DNA from: Candidatus Eiseniibacteriota bacterium
GTDB lineage: Bacteria; ARS69
Length of the DNA stretch: 64,000 nucleotides
NCBI GenBank assembly: GCA_052390515.1
Contig: JBQTGV010000058.1
Location: 27,924 to 91,923, forward strand
Direction of reading: 5' to 3'
Of this stretch, positions 9,362-19,723 are shown in pieces. The position numbers and the translations under genes were made by a program. The first letter of the stretch is position 1. Each line of letters starts with the position of its first letter. Under the pieces are notes generated by a model that worked only from the letters and a program-made list of their open reading frames with translations, made no database searches and had not been told where the DNA came from.

Positions 9362-12130
9362 ATGCCGCCCGCCGACGATACGGCCCAGAACCCACGTTCC
9401 GAGCGGACCCTTCCGGTTGCAGCGGCGCCCTCCGCCGGGGCGCCGTCCGCCGGGGCGATGCCGGAGTCCATCGGGCAGTACCGGGTGCTCTCGGAGCTCG
9501 GCCGAGGCGGCATGGGGGTCGTGTACGAGGCCGAGCAGGCGAGCCCGCGCCGGCGCGTGGCGGTGAAGGTGATCCGGGGCGGGCAGTTCGTCGACGAGCA
9601 GCGCATCCGCATGTTCCAGCGGGAGGCCGACACACTCGCGCTGCTGGAGCACCCCAACATCGGCGCCATCTACGAGTCCGGGCGCACCGCGGACGGGCAC
9701 CACTTCTTCGCCATGGAGCTCGTGCGCGGCCGCACGCTCGGCGACTGGCTGGCGGCGCGGCCGCAGCCCGCCGCCGCAGCGGAGCGGCGCCTTCGGCTCG
9801 AGCTGTTCCGGACGATCAGCGACGCGGTGCACTACGCGCACCGCCGCGGGGTCATCCACCGGGACCTGAAGCCGGGCAACATCGTGGTGGTGGCGAGCGC
9901 GGACGATTCCTCCGGCACGTCGTCCGGATCCGGGAGCCGCTCTCCCGCCGTCAAGATCCTCGACTTCGGCTTGGCCCGGATCACCGACGGCGACCTCGCG
10001 CTGGCCAGCATGACCACCGAGGTCGGCGTCATCAAGGGCACGCTCTCGTACATGTCGCCGGAGCAGGCGCGTGCCGATCCCACGCGGATCGACCTGCGCA
10101 GCGACGTGTACGCGCTCGGCGTGATCCTCTACGAGATGCTGACCGGGACGCGCCCACACGACCTGACCGCCAAGCCGCTTCCCGAGGCGGTGCGCATCCT
10201 CTGCGAGGAGGCCGCCCCGCGGCTCGGACAGAGCAGTTCCGGGAGGGTCGACGCGGACCTCGAGACGATCGTGGGCAAGGCGCTCTCCAAGGATCCGGAC
10301 CTGCGTTACGAGAGCGCGGCCGCGCTCTCCGAGGACGTCCACCGCTGGCTGACGCAGCAGCCCATCCTGGCGCGGCCGCCGACCACCATGTACCAGCTCC
10401 GCAAGTTCGCCGCGCGCAACCGTGCGCTGGTCGGCGGGCTGGCGGCCACGTTCGTGGCGCTCCTGGCCGGCGTCTTCGTGAGCACGACGCTCGGCCTGCG
10501 CGAGGCCGCCCAGCGCAGCGCCGCGGAGGACGCCCGCGCCGATCTGCAGACAGTGGTGGACTTTCAGACCGAGATGCTGCGCGGGGTGGATCCCGAGCGC
10601 ATGGGGCTGTCGCTGCTGGCGGACATGCGCGAGCGCGTGCGCGAGGCGGCGGGACGCGCCGGGCTCACGACCGAAGAGACGGATGCCGCCGTGGCCGCGC
10701 TCGACGGCGTGAACGGCACGACCGCCGCGCTCCGGCTGATCGACGCCGAGGTGCTGGACCCGGCCGCGGCCGCCGTGGACTCCCGGACGGACCTCGACCC
10801 GATGGTCGCCGCGCAGCTGCACGGGACGCTCTCGCGCACGCGCTCGGGCCTCGGCCTCTACGAGGGCGCGGTGGAGCAGGCCTCGCGCGTGGTCGAGCTG
10901 CTCGAGCGGGAGCGCGGCGCGGAAGCGCGTGAGACCCTGCGAGCGCGTACGGAGCTGGCTTGGGCCGTGGGGCTCGCCGGCCGCGACGCGGAGGCCGAGG
11001 TCATGCTGCGAGATGTCCTGGCCGCGCAGCAGCGCCTGCTGCCGGCCGACGACCCGGACCTCCTGCGTACCACGGGCAACTTGGCCGGCGTGATCGAGGG
11101 TCAGGAGCGCGCCGAGGAGGCCATCCCGCTGCACCGGCAGACGCTCGAGGCATGGCGCCGCGCCGGCGGCGACGACCACCCCGAGGTGCTCGAGTCGCAG
11201 CGGAACCTGGCTTACGCGTTGGCGGCAGCGGGTCAGTTCGAGGAAGCCGAGCCTCTCCTTCTGGACACCATCGAGACGGGACGGCGCCTCCATGGCGAGC
11301 GCGACTCCGGCACGCTTTCCGCCATGATCAACCTGGCCGCCGCGTACTACGACGAGGGCCGCAACGACGACGCGGAGAAGCTCGCGCTCGAGGTGCTGGA
11401 GGTCTACCGCCGCATGCACGGGGACGACCACCCCAAGACGCTCGTGGTACAGAACAACCTGGCAGCGCTCTACCTCGACACGGGCCGGCCGGAGGCGGCG
11501 GAGGAGCTTCACCGCCGCACGCTGGAGGTGCGAATGCGAACGCTCGGTCCGATGCATCCGTTCACGCTGACCTCGCTGCGCAATCTCGGACTGGTGTGCT
11601 GGGACCTCGGCAAGGACGCCGAAGCGGAGGACCTGCACCAGCGCGCGCTGGCCGGCCGGCGCCGTGTGCTCGGCAACGACGATCCGCGCACGATCGAGTC
11701 GCTGGCGGACCTGGGCGTCTGGTACGCGCGGCGTGGGCGTTCGGCCGACGCCGAGCCGCTGCTCGAGGAGCAGGTGGCGGCGAACCGCCGGCTGCTCGGG
11801 GAGGACGACGCGTTGCTGTACTTCTCGCTGGCCGATCTCGCCAACGTCGAGAAGCGGCTCGGCAAGCACGACGAGGCCGGTGCCCTCTACCGCGCGGCGT
11901 ACGACGGGCTGCGGCGCCTGGACCACCCGAGTGCGGCCGTCGTGTCCTACAACTTGGCGTGCCTGGCCGCAGTCCGCGGGGACGCGGAGGGGGCTCTCCG
12001 CGCGCTGGCCGCCGCGGTGGACGCGGGTCTCGACGCGGCCGACCACATGGAGCAGGACGAGGATCTGCGTTCATTGCGCGGACGGCCGGAGTTCGCGGAG
12101 ATCGTGGCGCGGGCGCGGGGTGGTGGCTGA
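9362..12130 (+). CDS. Ser/Thr kinase with TPR repeats
   Basis: GRGGMG, HRDLKPGN, DFG and GTLSYMSPEQ motifs; 'GDDHP.TL' kinesin-light-chain-type TPRs; terminal YNLAC motif. Confidence 0.93.
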   Translation: MPPADDTAQNPRSERTLPVAAAPSAGAPSAGAMPESIGQYRVLSELGRGGMGVVYEAEQASPRRRVAVKVIRGGQFVDEQRIRMFQREADTLALLEHPNIGAIYESGRTADGHHFFAMELVRGRTLGDWLAARPQPAAAAERRLRLELFRTISDAVHYAHRRGVIHRDLKPGNIVVVASADDSSGTSSGSGSRSPAVKILDFGLARITDGDLALASMTTEVGVIKGTLSYMSPEQARADPTRIDLRSDVYALGVILYEMLTGTRPHDLTAKPLPEAVRILCEEAAPRLGQSSSGRVDADLETIVGKALSKDPDLRYESAAALSEDVHRWLTQQPILARPPTTMYQLRKFAARNRALVGGLAATFVALLAGVFVSTTLGLREAAQRSAAEDARADLQTVVDFQTEMLRGVDPERMGLSLLADMRERVREAAGRAGLTTEETDAAVAALDGVNGTTAALRLIDAEVLDPAAAAVDSRTDLDPMVAAQLHGTLSRTRSGLGLYEGAVEQASRVVELLERERGAEARETLRARTELAWAVGLAGRDAEAEVMLRDVLAAQQRLLPADDPDLLRTTGNLAGVIEGQERAEEAIPLHRQTLEAWRRAGGDDHPEVLESQRNLAYALAAAGQFEEAEPLLLDTIETGRRLHGERDSGTLSAMINLAAAYYDEGRNDDAEKLALEVLEVYRRMHGDDHPKTLVVQNNLAALYLDTGRPEAAEELHRRTLEVRMRTLGPMHPFTLTSLRNLGLVCWDLGKDAEAEDLHQRALAGRRRVLGNDDPRTIESLADLGVWYARRGRSADAEPLLEEQVAANRRLLGEDDALLYFSLADLANVEKRLGKHDEAGALYRAAYDGLRRLDHPSAAVVSYNLACLAAVRGDAEGALRALAAAVDAGLDAADHMEQDEDLRSLRGRPEFAEIVARARGGG

Positions 12131-12227
12131 GCCGAGAAGTCTTGGAGGGAGCGCCGTCGGTTGATTGTCGTCGTCGTGGCTCGTCATGGCCTTGCCTTGT
12201 CGGACCGGGAGTGTGCGACAGATCGCA

Positions 12228-13604
12228 CTACCCGGGCACGTTCAGAAACGCCCTCATGGCCAGCACGACGAGGAACTGCGCAGCCGCCACGGGGACGAGG
12301 CGTGCCGGAACGGGACCGGCCGCCGCCTCCGGCGACGCCGCCGCGCCCACCGCCAGCGGCATCAGGAACATCCAGATCCGGCCGGTCTCGCCCAGAATCG
12401 TCCCGGAGACGTCCAGCACGAAGAGGGCGATGACGAGCGCCGCCGCGAACGGGATCTCGGCGCCGGCATCCCGCCACTCGCCGCGCACACGAGCCATCCA
12501 CACGACGACGAGCGCCGGCCCGAGGAAGAGCGCGAAGTCGGCGAGGTTCCAGACCACCCACGTCGAGTACACGCGGCCGTGCACCTCCGCCTGCACGTGA
12601 CGCGCCGCCTCCGCGCACTCGCGAAAGACCGCCGGCCAGTTCATTCCGAGCAGAGCTGTCGTTCCGACCACGACGCCGGCGCCGGCCAGCGCCGCCACCG
12701 AGAGACGCAGCGTCTGCATCACGGTCGGGAACGGCGTCCGCTTGCGCCGCGCGAGCACCAGCATCCCGGCGAACGCCAGCCCCCATGCACCGAGCGCCGC
12801 CAGCGTCGTGAACGACACGAAAGCCCCGAGCCCGGCGAACAACCCAGCCGCCGACGCCAGCCACGGCGCGCGCTTCTGGCCGGCATACCGCATGCCCTCG
12901 ACGAGACACGCCGCCGACGCCAGCGAGAGGAACAGGATGAGATGATCTGTCTCCGGCGTGAACAGGAGGAAGCTCGGCAGGCTCCCCATGAGCATGACCG
13001 TGCCGCCGACGGCCGCCGGCGCGTTCCGCCCTCCGACGATCACCGCGAGCGGCACGATCGACAGCGCACCCAACGCCATCAGGCCGAAGCCCGCGATCCA
13101 CGGCCCGCGCTCGTCGCCGAACAGCCACCGCATCTTCCAGAAGTAGAAGACGCGCCCCGGCGGCTGCGACGGCCCGTGCACCGGGAACGTGTCCTGGATA
13201 CGGTGATATCGCCGAAGGAAGTCCGCCGGATCCCCCATGCGCCGCGCGATCGTGTCGTAGCTCGTGAAGGACTGCGAGGTCACGCGCGCCACGACGTTCG
13301 TCAGGCCGTCCGGCTCCGCTGCGGTCAGCACCACCATGTGCCCGAAGATCAGCGCGACGCACGCGGCCATCCAAGCCGCCCGCTTCGCCGCCCGGTCCCT
13401 CAGCTGGCTCCGCGCCGTGCCGAGCGCGGTCAGCACCGTCGCGGCGAATATGACGGCGCTCGCGAGGAGCCACGGCGAGAAGACGACACGCCGCTCCCAC
13501 CGCCAGTTCTCCGGTCCCCGGAGCCCCGGCCAAAGGTCGGAGGCCAGCAGCGCCGTCGTCACGACACCGGCCGCCACCGCGATCCATCGCGTCTTCGAGC
13601 TCAC
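12228..13604 (-). CDS. Multi-pass membrane protein, GT-C glycosyltransferase-like
   Basis: Many TM segments; 'HGPSQPPG' and 'GETGRIW' motifs; last gene of a closely spaced operon. Confidence 0.65.
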   Translation of the reverse strand: MSSKTRWIAVAAGVVTTALLASDLWPGLRGPENWRWERRVVFSPWLLASAVIFAATVLTALGTARSQLRDRAAKRAAWMAACVALIFGHMVVLTAAEPDGLTNVVARVTSQSFTSYDTIARRMGDPADFLRRYHRIQDTFPVHGPSQPPGRVFYFWKMRWLFGDERGPWIAGFGLMALGALSIVPLAVIVGGRNAPAAVGGTVMLMGSLPSFLLFTPETDHLILFLSLASAACLVEGMRYAGQKRAPWLASAAGLFAGLGAFVSFTTLAALGAWGLAFAGMLVLARRKRTPFPTVMQTLRLSVAALAGAGVVVGTTALLGMNWPAVFRECAEAARHVQAEVHGRVYSTWVVWNLADFALFLGPALVVVWMARVRGEWRDAGAEIPFAAALVIALFVLDVSGTILGETGRIWMFLMPLAVGAAASPEAAAGPVPARLVPVAAAQFLVVLAMRAFLNVPG

Positions 13605-13608
13605 TCGC

Positions 13609-15261
13609 TCATTCCTTCACCCGCCTCCAGATCTCGATCCGCGGATGATCGAAGAAGCGGATCAGCGCCTCCGCGCCGTCGTCCTTCAGCACGAGCGGTC
13701 CGATCCGCGGATACGATTCGAACACGGTCACGCGCTCGAACGGAAGCCGCCCTGCGTCCAGATCGGCATAGAAGGCGCTCTCCACCGGTCGCAGCTCGGG
13801 TGCCGTCGTGAACTCCCGTCGGTGCCCCTCCGAGAGCACGAGAACGTCGGCTCTCCTCAGCACGCGCTCCAGGTGCTCTACTCGGTCCTCGGCGCCTCGC
13901 CGCTCGTGCAGATCGTAGAAGTCCCGCCAGAGGATCTCGTAGCGCAGCGGCGTCCGCATCACTTCCGGCGAGGGCGACCCCAGCGGCGGACCGTATCCCG
14001 GCGGATCCTCCACCGCCACGGTCTCGGTTTCTCCGACGTTCGCGTCGAGCCACTTCGCCGCGGCCACGCGAGGATCGTCGCCGCCGTAGATAGCCGAGAA
14101 CGCGAGACCGTGGAGCAGCGTCAGGGCGGAGACGACGGCCGCCGGCACGCGCCACCTCGCCACGGGGAGCGCCGCGCACACGGCGAGCGCCGGCAGCGCC
14201 GGCAGCAGGAAGCGCACCGTCTTCACCCGCGCCGCCAGCAGCAACAGGAGCACCGGCACGAGCACGAGCAGGAGGCGCGTGTCCCGCGGCGAACGCCGCC
14301 GCGCGAGGATGACGAGCCCGCCGACGGCGAGCATCTCCGGCACGATGCCGACCGCGTACGGCAGGAGCTTGGTGAGCTCGGTGACGAGCGGCCTGTCGTG
14401 CGCGTAGGGCAGCGTCCAGTCGTGGAAGTCCGCGGAGTACGCTCGGCGAAGGTTGCCGCCGAGTGTCGTATGCTCGCCGCCGTCGGCCCTGCTCGCGGCG
14501 TCGCCGAGCACGAGCGCCGGATTGAGCGCCACGGCGACCACCGCCGCCGTCCCGAGCAGGAGCCCCGCCCGCCCGAGGAAGCGCCGCCGCCAGCCGCCTT
14601 CGCCCCGCCCCTCGCCGTCGCCCGAGCCCGCCAGAGCGTGCAGCATCGGCAGCACGAGCACCGCCCCCGGCGCCTTCACCGACACCGCCAGCCCGAGCAC
14701 CGCACCCGCCGCCGCCGCGCGCCGCGCCATCGCGCGCCCGGCCTCTCGCCACTCGGCCAGCCGCTCCGCCGCCAGCATCCCCGCGGCCAGCAGCGCCACG
14801 AGCGGCGCCTCCACCGTCCCGAAGTGCGAAGCCTGCACGAGCGCGGGGAACCCGGCCGTGAGCGCCGCCGCGGTCAGCGCCGTCGTCCACCCCCACCGCG
14901 ACGCCCAACACCCGACGAGCACGATGGCCGCCGTGCCCCACGTTGCCGAGATCCACCGCGAGAGCAGCACCGTCGCGGCGAACTCGTCACCGTGAATCGG
15001 CGGACCCGGCGCCGCCGCCACCCCGAGGAAGAGCTTCCGCGCGGCGACGAGCAGCCACAGCGGCAGGATCCCGTACGACGTGATCCCGGGATCGGGCACG
15101 CCCTGCCCGAGACTCCTCTCCAGCTCGATGGCCTTCGCCACGACGAAGAGCCGCTCGTCGATGTGCAGCGCCCAGGGGAGTCCCCAATCAAGGCCGCGGA
15201 AGCGGAGCGCCGCGCCGGCGAGCACGATGACGACGAACGTGACCCGGACGCCGGCGCTCAC
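13609..15261 (-). CDS. GT-C (family 39/PMT-like) membrane glycosyltransferase
   Basis: 'LRFRGLDWGLP..LHIDE' acidic first-loop motif, many TMs, SHFGTVE. GTG start at 15261 next to the upstream stop. Confidence 0.75.
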   Translation of the reverse strand: MSAGVRVTFVVIVLAGAALRFRGLDWGLPWALHIDERLFVVAKAIELERSLGQGVPDPGITSYGILPLWLLVAARKLFLGVAAAPGPPIHGDEFAATVLLSRWISATWGTAAIVLVGCWASRWGWTTALTAAALTAGFPALVQASHFGTVEAPLVALLAAGMLAAERLAEWREAGRAMARRAAAAGAVLGLAVSVKAPGAVLVLPMLHALAGSGDGEGRGEGGWRRRFLGRAGLLLGTAAVVAVALNPALVLGDAASRADGGEHTTLGGNLRRAYSADFHDWTLPYAHDRPLVTELTKLLPYAVGIVPEMLAVGGLVILARRRSPRDTRLLLVLVPVLLLLLAARVKTVRFLLPALPALAVCAALPVARWRVPAAVVSALTLLHGLAFSAIYGGDDPRVAAAKWLDANVGETETVAVEDPPGYGPPLGSPSPEVMRTPLRYEILWRDFYDLHERRGAEDRVEHLERVLRRADVLVLSEGHRREFTTAPELRPVESAFYADLDAGRLPFERVTVFESYPRIGPLVLKDDGAEALIRFFDHPRIEIWRRVKE

Positions 15262-15262
15262 C

Positions 15263-16330
15263 TCACGACCCCGGCAGCGCGCGCTCGAGCAGACGGATCC
15301 AGTTGCGTCCGAGCACGTCGTGGATCTGCTCGTCGTCGAAGCGCGCGGACATCTCGTCGGCCAGGCGCGGGAGGTCGGCGATCGTCTCGAGCCCCTTCGG
15401 CACCGACTCCGCGCCGAAGCCGCCGTCGAGATCGCTCCCGACACCCGCGGTCGTGTGCGTGCCGGTGACCTGCGTCACGTGCCAGATGCAGTCGGCCACC
15501 CGCGAAAGCGCCAGCGGTCCGCCGCTCTCCTGCGTCCACCCGGCCGTGAGCATCTTGTTGAACGGCACGGCGCCGATCACTCCGCCGCGCTCGCCGATGC
15601 GGCGGATGATGTCGTCGGGGATCTGCCGGTCGCTCGCGCAGATGGCGCGGGGATTGGAGTGCGAAGCGATCACGACGCCATCGAAAAGATCGAGCGCGTC
15701 GTTCGCCGCCTGATCCGCGGCATGCGAGAGATCCAGCACGAGCTTCGCCGCATCCAGCTTCTTCACGAGCTTCCGCCCTGCCGCGGTGAGCGGTCCCGGT
15801 TCGCCGGTGCCGCCCGCGTAGCGCGTGCCCTTCCACGCCAGTCCGACGAGGCGGACGCCGCGCTCGAACCAGCGGGGCGCATCATCGGGCGAGACGATCG
15901 GATCCGCGCCCTCCATCAATGGGACGATACCCACGCGGCCCGTCGCGCCGTCCTTCCACTCGTCGAGCACCGCCTTCAGATCCGCGCGACTCTTCACCAG
16001 ACGGTACCCTTCGCCGTCCTTCGACACCTCACCGTAGATCTCGAGCTGCCTGAGCGCCAGCTTCTCGGCTTCCTGCGGCGTGTCGTACGCCAACGCAGGG
16101 TCGAACCCGGACTCCGCCCAGTCCTTCGTGCGCGGCACGAAGAGCGTCCCGAACACGAGCGCGACGCGGCCGGCGCGCAGCTCCGGGAGCCCCACCATGC
16201 AGCGCCCGCGCCACTTCGACGGCGGCAGCCCCTTCTCACTTCGTCGCACCTCGAGTGCCGACGTTCGCGGATCCCGCCCGAAGCACATGCGGTTGAACGC
16301 GAGATCGAGATGTCCGTCGACGAGGATCAC
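15263..16330 (-). CDS. Membrane dipeptidase family (peptidase M19)
   Basis: DGHLD, MEGAD, DLSH, ASHSN and GSDLDGG motifs. GTG start overlaps the upstream TGA. Confidence 0.9.
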   Translation of the reverse strand: MILVDGHLDLAFNRMCFGRDPRTSALEVRRSEKGLPPSKWRGRCMVGLPELRAGRVALVFGTLFVPRTKDWAESGFDPALAYDTPQEAEKLALRQLEIYGEVSKDGEGYRLVKSRADLKAVLDEWKDGATGRVGIVPLMEGADPIVSPDDAPRWFERGVRLVGLAWKGTRYAGGTGEPGPLTAAGRKLVKKLDAAKLVLDLSHAADQAANDALDLFDGVVIASHSNPRAICASDRQIPDDIIRRIGERGGVIGAVPFNKMLTAGWTQESGGPLALSRVADCIWHVTQVTGTHTTAGVGSDLDGGFGAESVPKGLETIADLPRLADEMSARFDDEQIHDVLGRNWIRLLERALPGS

Positions 16331-17982
16331 GGCGCTCTCCGCAGCACGAGGACGAACTCTTTCGGTCCGGAGGATCCGCCCTTCGGCCCGAGCGGCGCGA
16401 GCAGATTCGCGAGGAGAGCCGGCTCGGCGGAGTCGGGCGGACGGGGGTCCGCGGCCTCGGCCGCCGAAGCCGACGGCGCGAACTGCTCGATGGAGTACCT
16501 CGCCCCGAGCGCCCACATCTTGTCGCGCGCCAGCTCCAGCGCTTCACGCGTGCGCATCAGCTCGCCGCCCTCGGTCACGAGGTGCGGCAGGATCCACTCC
16601 GGCTCCCGGTCCAGGAAGAACTCCGGGCCGACGATCTTGTCGTGACCCGGCGCGGTCGGCTTGCCGCCCGGCCGGAGCGCCACCTCGCGATCCACGAGCC
16701 CGGCCATGTCGTGAATGGTCAGCTCGGACCAGTACCCCACGTTCCCGATCCCCGGCGTGACCACCGCGTCGTCCGGATCGGCCCGTTCCCGCAGCGCGAA
16801 CGCCAGCCGCTTCCAGCGCGCGCCGTTCACGCGCATCACGTTCCAGTACTGGATCTCGCTCCAGTACTTGTTCCAGTGCCGGCGGAAGTTGAACTGCGCG
16901 CGGACGGACTCCGGGACGACGTGCACGTCGGCGGCCGGCAGCAGCGCGAGCAGGATGGCGGCCGCAGCCGCTGCCGTAGCCTTCCCCGGGCTCCGGCGAA
17001 GGAGGGAGCCGAGCCACCAGCCGGAGAGCAGCGTGCCGAACGCGATCCCCGGAACGAGGAAGCGACCCATGGACATGAAATCCCCGCCTACGGCGACGGC
17101 GTAGCCGTACGCGGCGAGCACCATCACCAGCACCGGCAGCCCGACGGCGCGCCGCTCCGGGCGAAGCGCATGCAGCGCCGCCGGCACCACGAGCAGCGGG
17201 GTCAGGAACGTCAGCACGTACGTGGCCGCGTACTCGAAGCCGCGGTACAGGATGCCGCCGCTCATTCCCACCTTCGCCGCCGCCGTGTTGGAGATCCAGC
17301 TCCCGTGGTAGGCGTGTCGCCAGAGGACGAAGGCCGCCGTGCCGGCCAGCACGATGCCGAGGTAGCGGACCAGCGCGCCGGCCGCCGCCCCCCGCGACAC
17401 TCGCCCTGACATCCGCCACGACACCGCGGCGCACAGTCCGACGAGCACCGCCCACGCCACGCCCTCCACCCGCACGAGCGCCGCCGCGAGTCCCGCCACG
17501 CCCGCGGCCACCGGCGCCGGACCCGCGCCGCGCAGCACGAGCCGCTCGAACGCCACGAACACCGTGAGCGCGAGCGCCATCGTCTCCATGCCGCTCGTCG
17601 ACCAGACGAAGAAAGGCGCGAACGTCGCCAGGGAGAGCGCGGCGAGCGACGACGCGCGCAGATCCACGCCGCTCTCCCGCAGCGCCTCGAACACGAGCCG
17701 CAGCAGCACCGACCCCGCGGCGAAGGACACGAGCGCCGCCCACAGCGCGACGTCGCCGCCGAGCCGCTCCACTACGGCGCACAGCGCGACCCACAGGAAG
17801 TTGCTGTAGCCCTCGACCGGCACCGCTTCGCCCAGGTTGTAGCGGAGACCGTGGCCCTCGGCCCAGTGTCGCGCGTAGCGGAAGGAGATGTAGGCGTCGT
17901 CGGTGACGAACCAGAACGCCTTCACGAACAGGGCGTACACGAGCCAGACCAGGGCGAACGCCAGTCGATCCCGCGACGTCAT
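16327..17982 (-). CDS. GT-C membrane glycosyltransferase (DDAY-type)
   Basis: '[25 protein letters not shown]', SGMET, GGDFM..RF and D..GL.D motifs. Alternative GTG start at 18036. Confidence 0.8.
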   Translation of the reverse strand: MTSRDRLAFALVWLVYALFVKAFWFVTDDAYISFRYARHWAEGHGLRYNLGEAVPVEGYSNFLWVALCAVVERLGGDVALWAALVSFAAGSVLLRLVFEALRESGVDLRASSLAALSLATFAPFFVWSTSGMETMALALTVFVAFERLVLRGAGPAPVAAGVAGLAAALVRVEGVAWAVLVGLCAAVSWRMSGRVSRGAAAGALVRYLGIVLAGTAAFVLWRHAYHGSWISNTAAAKVGMSGGILYRGFEYAATYVLTFLTPLLVVPAALHALRPERRAVGLPVLVMVLAAYGYAVAVGGDFMSMGRFLVPGIAFGTLLSGWWLGSLLRRSPGKATAAAAAAILLALLPAADVHVVPESVRAQFNFRRHWNKYWSEIQYWNVMRVNGARWKRLAFALRERADPDDAVVTPGIGNVGYWSELTIHDMAGLVDREVALRPGGKPTAPGHDKIVGPEFFLDREPEWILPHLVTEGGELMRTREALELARDKMWALGARYSIEQFAPSASAAEAADPRPPDSAEPALLANLLAPLGPKGGSSGPKEFVLVLRRAP

Positions 17983-18028
17983 CGCCGCGGTCGCCGTCTG
18001 CGCCGCACCGTGCACGCCGCCCGCCGGA

Positions 18029-19423
18029 TCAGCCACCGCGCACCCAGTCGAGCGGCGTGGCCGGATCGAGCCGCACCACCTCGAGAAGCGTGGCCACGAA
18101 ATCGCCCTTCGCCCCGGCGCGGTACGGGCTGAGGTACTCCCACACGATCGCCCCGTCCGGCGCCACCTCGAACGCGCGCCCGCGCTCCGACTCGGTGATG
18201 AGCGTGGTGCCGTTCGGCAGGCGCTCGCTCGCGCCGCAGAGCTCGGTGTAGAACGCGCTCGGCGGCGTGCCACGGTACGTCCACGCGACCTGCTGCGTCA
18301 CTGGATCGAGCTCGATGACCTGGGACTTCCCGCCGTAGCCCTGGTTGTCGAATACGAGCAGGTGTCCGTTCGCGAGGAGCCTCGGCTCGTGCTGGCGCTT
18401 CCACGGCCCAGCCATCGCCCACACGATCGTCCCGCTCTCCGGATCGAGCACCGCCACGACGTTCAGCGTGTGGATCGAGATCAGCAGGTTGCCTCGGCGG
18501 AAGGCAGGCACGCGCGTGGCGTGCGCGCCGTCCAGGATCTCGAGCGCGTTCGTGTGGAAGATGTCGCCGGCCTCGGGCATGATCTCGAGGAACGGCGCGT
18601 AGACCGACCGCTCGAACGCTTCGAGCACGGAGATCTTGCGCTGCTCCGTCCCGTCCGGCGCGAGCACCGCCACGAAATCCTCCAGCACCGGCTTCTCTGC
18701 GTGGATGCGCTCGAGGAAGCGGATCTCGCGGGTGAGCACCCAGATGTTGCCGCTCCCGTCCAGGTCGAGTGCGTGGTGCGCGCCGCCGGCGTAGGCCCAC
18801 ACCAGGTTCGACGCGGAGTCGAGCTTCACGAGGCCGTGGCCCTCGAAGATGGCGAGCAGAGCGCCGCCGTCGAGCAGCCGCGCGCGGCGCCAGAACGTCG
18901 CCGCCTCGCGGTCCCTGGGGACGTCCGTTCCCGGGAAGGCCGTCCAGTAGTCCATGGACCAGCGGTGCAGCTCGCGGCCGGCCATGTCCAGGAGCACGGC
19001 CTCCGGCGCGTGGCCGGAGACGACGAGGTTCGGCCCGGCAAAGGCGCGGCTCTCGTCGTGCACAACGACCCCGCCGGCATCAGTGTCAGGCGCCTGCGTG
19101 CCGCTCGCGTAGCCGAGGGAGGCAAGCTGCTCGACCGCCTCGAGCTGTTCGCCGGTGAGCGCTTCGCCGGTGAGCGCTTCGCCGGTGCCCGCCACGCCGT
19201 CTTCGCCGCCCGCCCTCCGCCAGCGGCCGCCGGGCTTCGTCTCGTCCCGGCCGAGGAGCCCGTCGGCGGCCCGCTTCGCGCGGAGCAGCTGCTCGTAGCC
19301 GAGCCTCGCGGCGCCGGAGGGAGGAAGGCCGCGCTCGCTCGAGGCGAATCCCCAGAAGAAGGCGGCGAAGAGCGCGAGGGCGGCGATAGCGCCGCGCGCA
19401 GGGGAGATTCGCATCGGCGGCAT
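18029..19423 (-). CDS. Arylsulfotransferase (ASST) family protein, exported
   Basis: HH, HTN, QHE, VFDN and RLPNG.TLIT motifs; N-terminal signal/anchor. Confidence 0.85.
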   Translation of the reverse strand: MPPMRISPARGAIAALALFAAFFWGFASSERGLPPSGAARLGYEQLLRAKRAADGLLGRDETKPGGRWRRAGGEDGVAGTGEALTGEALTGEQLEAVEQLASLGYASGTQAPDTDAGGVVVHDESRAFAGPNLVVSGHAPEAVLLDMAGRELHRWSMDYWTAFPGTDVPRDREAATFWRRARLLDGGALLAIFEGHGLVKLDSASNLVWAYAGGAHHALDLDGSGNIWVLTREIRFLERIHAEKPVLEDFVAVLAPDGTEQRKISVLEAFERSVYAPFLEIMPEAGDIFHTNALEILDGAHATRVPAFRRGNLLISIHTLNVVAVLDPESGTIVWAMAGPWKRQHEPRLLANGHLLVFDNQGYGGKSQVIELDPVTQQVAWTYRGTPPSAFYTELCGASERLPNGTTLITESERGRAFEVAPDGAIVWEYLSPYRAGAKGDFVATLLEVVRLDPATPLDWVRGG

Positions 19424-19442
19424 TCTATCACCGGGAAAACGA

Positions 19443-19474
19443 GTGCGCCCGCGCACCGGAGCACGCGGGCGCAC
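19443..19474 (-). terminator. Probable intrinsic terminator after the Cys-rich peptide gene
   Basis: 11-bp stem GTGCGCCCGCG/CGCGGGCGCAC followed by TCGTTTT on the minus strand. Confidence 0.65.
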
Positions 19475-19495
19475 CGTCAGTTCACCGGGACCGCG

Positions 19496-19675
19496 CTACC
19501 CGATCGGGCAACCCGGACACGGCACGCAGTCCTTCGGATCGCAGGGGCCGCACTCCGACGGATCGCACGGAGTGCAGGCCGTCGCGCGGTCGACCTGCGC
19601 GGAGTCCCCCGCGAGCGAGAGACCGGCTCCTCCCACGGCGGCAAGCGTCGCGAGGGAGACGATGAGCTTCTTCAT
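19496..19675 (-). CDS. Unannotated 59-aa secreted Cys-rich peptide (MKKLIVSLATLAAVGGAGLSLAGDSAQVDRATACTPCDPSECGPCDPKDCVPCPGCPIG)
   Basis: AAGGAGG RBS, ATG at 19675, TAG at 19496-19498, Sec-type signal peptide, 7 Cys. Too short to appear in the ORF track. Confidence 0.8.
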   Translation of the reverse strand: MKKLIVSLATLAAVGGAGLSLAGDSAQVDRATACTPCDPSECGPCDPKDCVPCPGCPIG

Positions 19676-19723
19676 GTGAGTCCTCCTTGAGGCTCGAAGT
19701 GGAAAGGTGAACGATGAATCCGA

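Noticed and set aside
9077-12046. Long shadow ORFs (e.g. 989 aa here, 980 aa at 46711, 1049 aa at 49239)
   Set aside because: They are Arg/Ala/Pro-rich antisense or off-frame ORFs typical of high-GC DNA, overlapping genes with clear family motifs.
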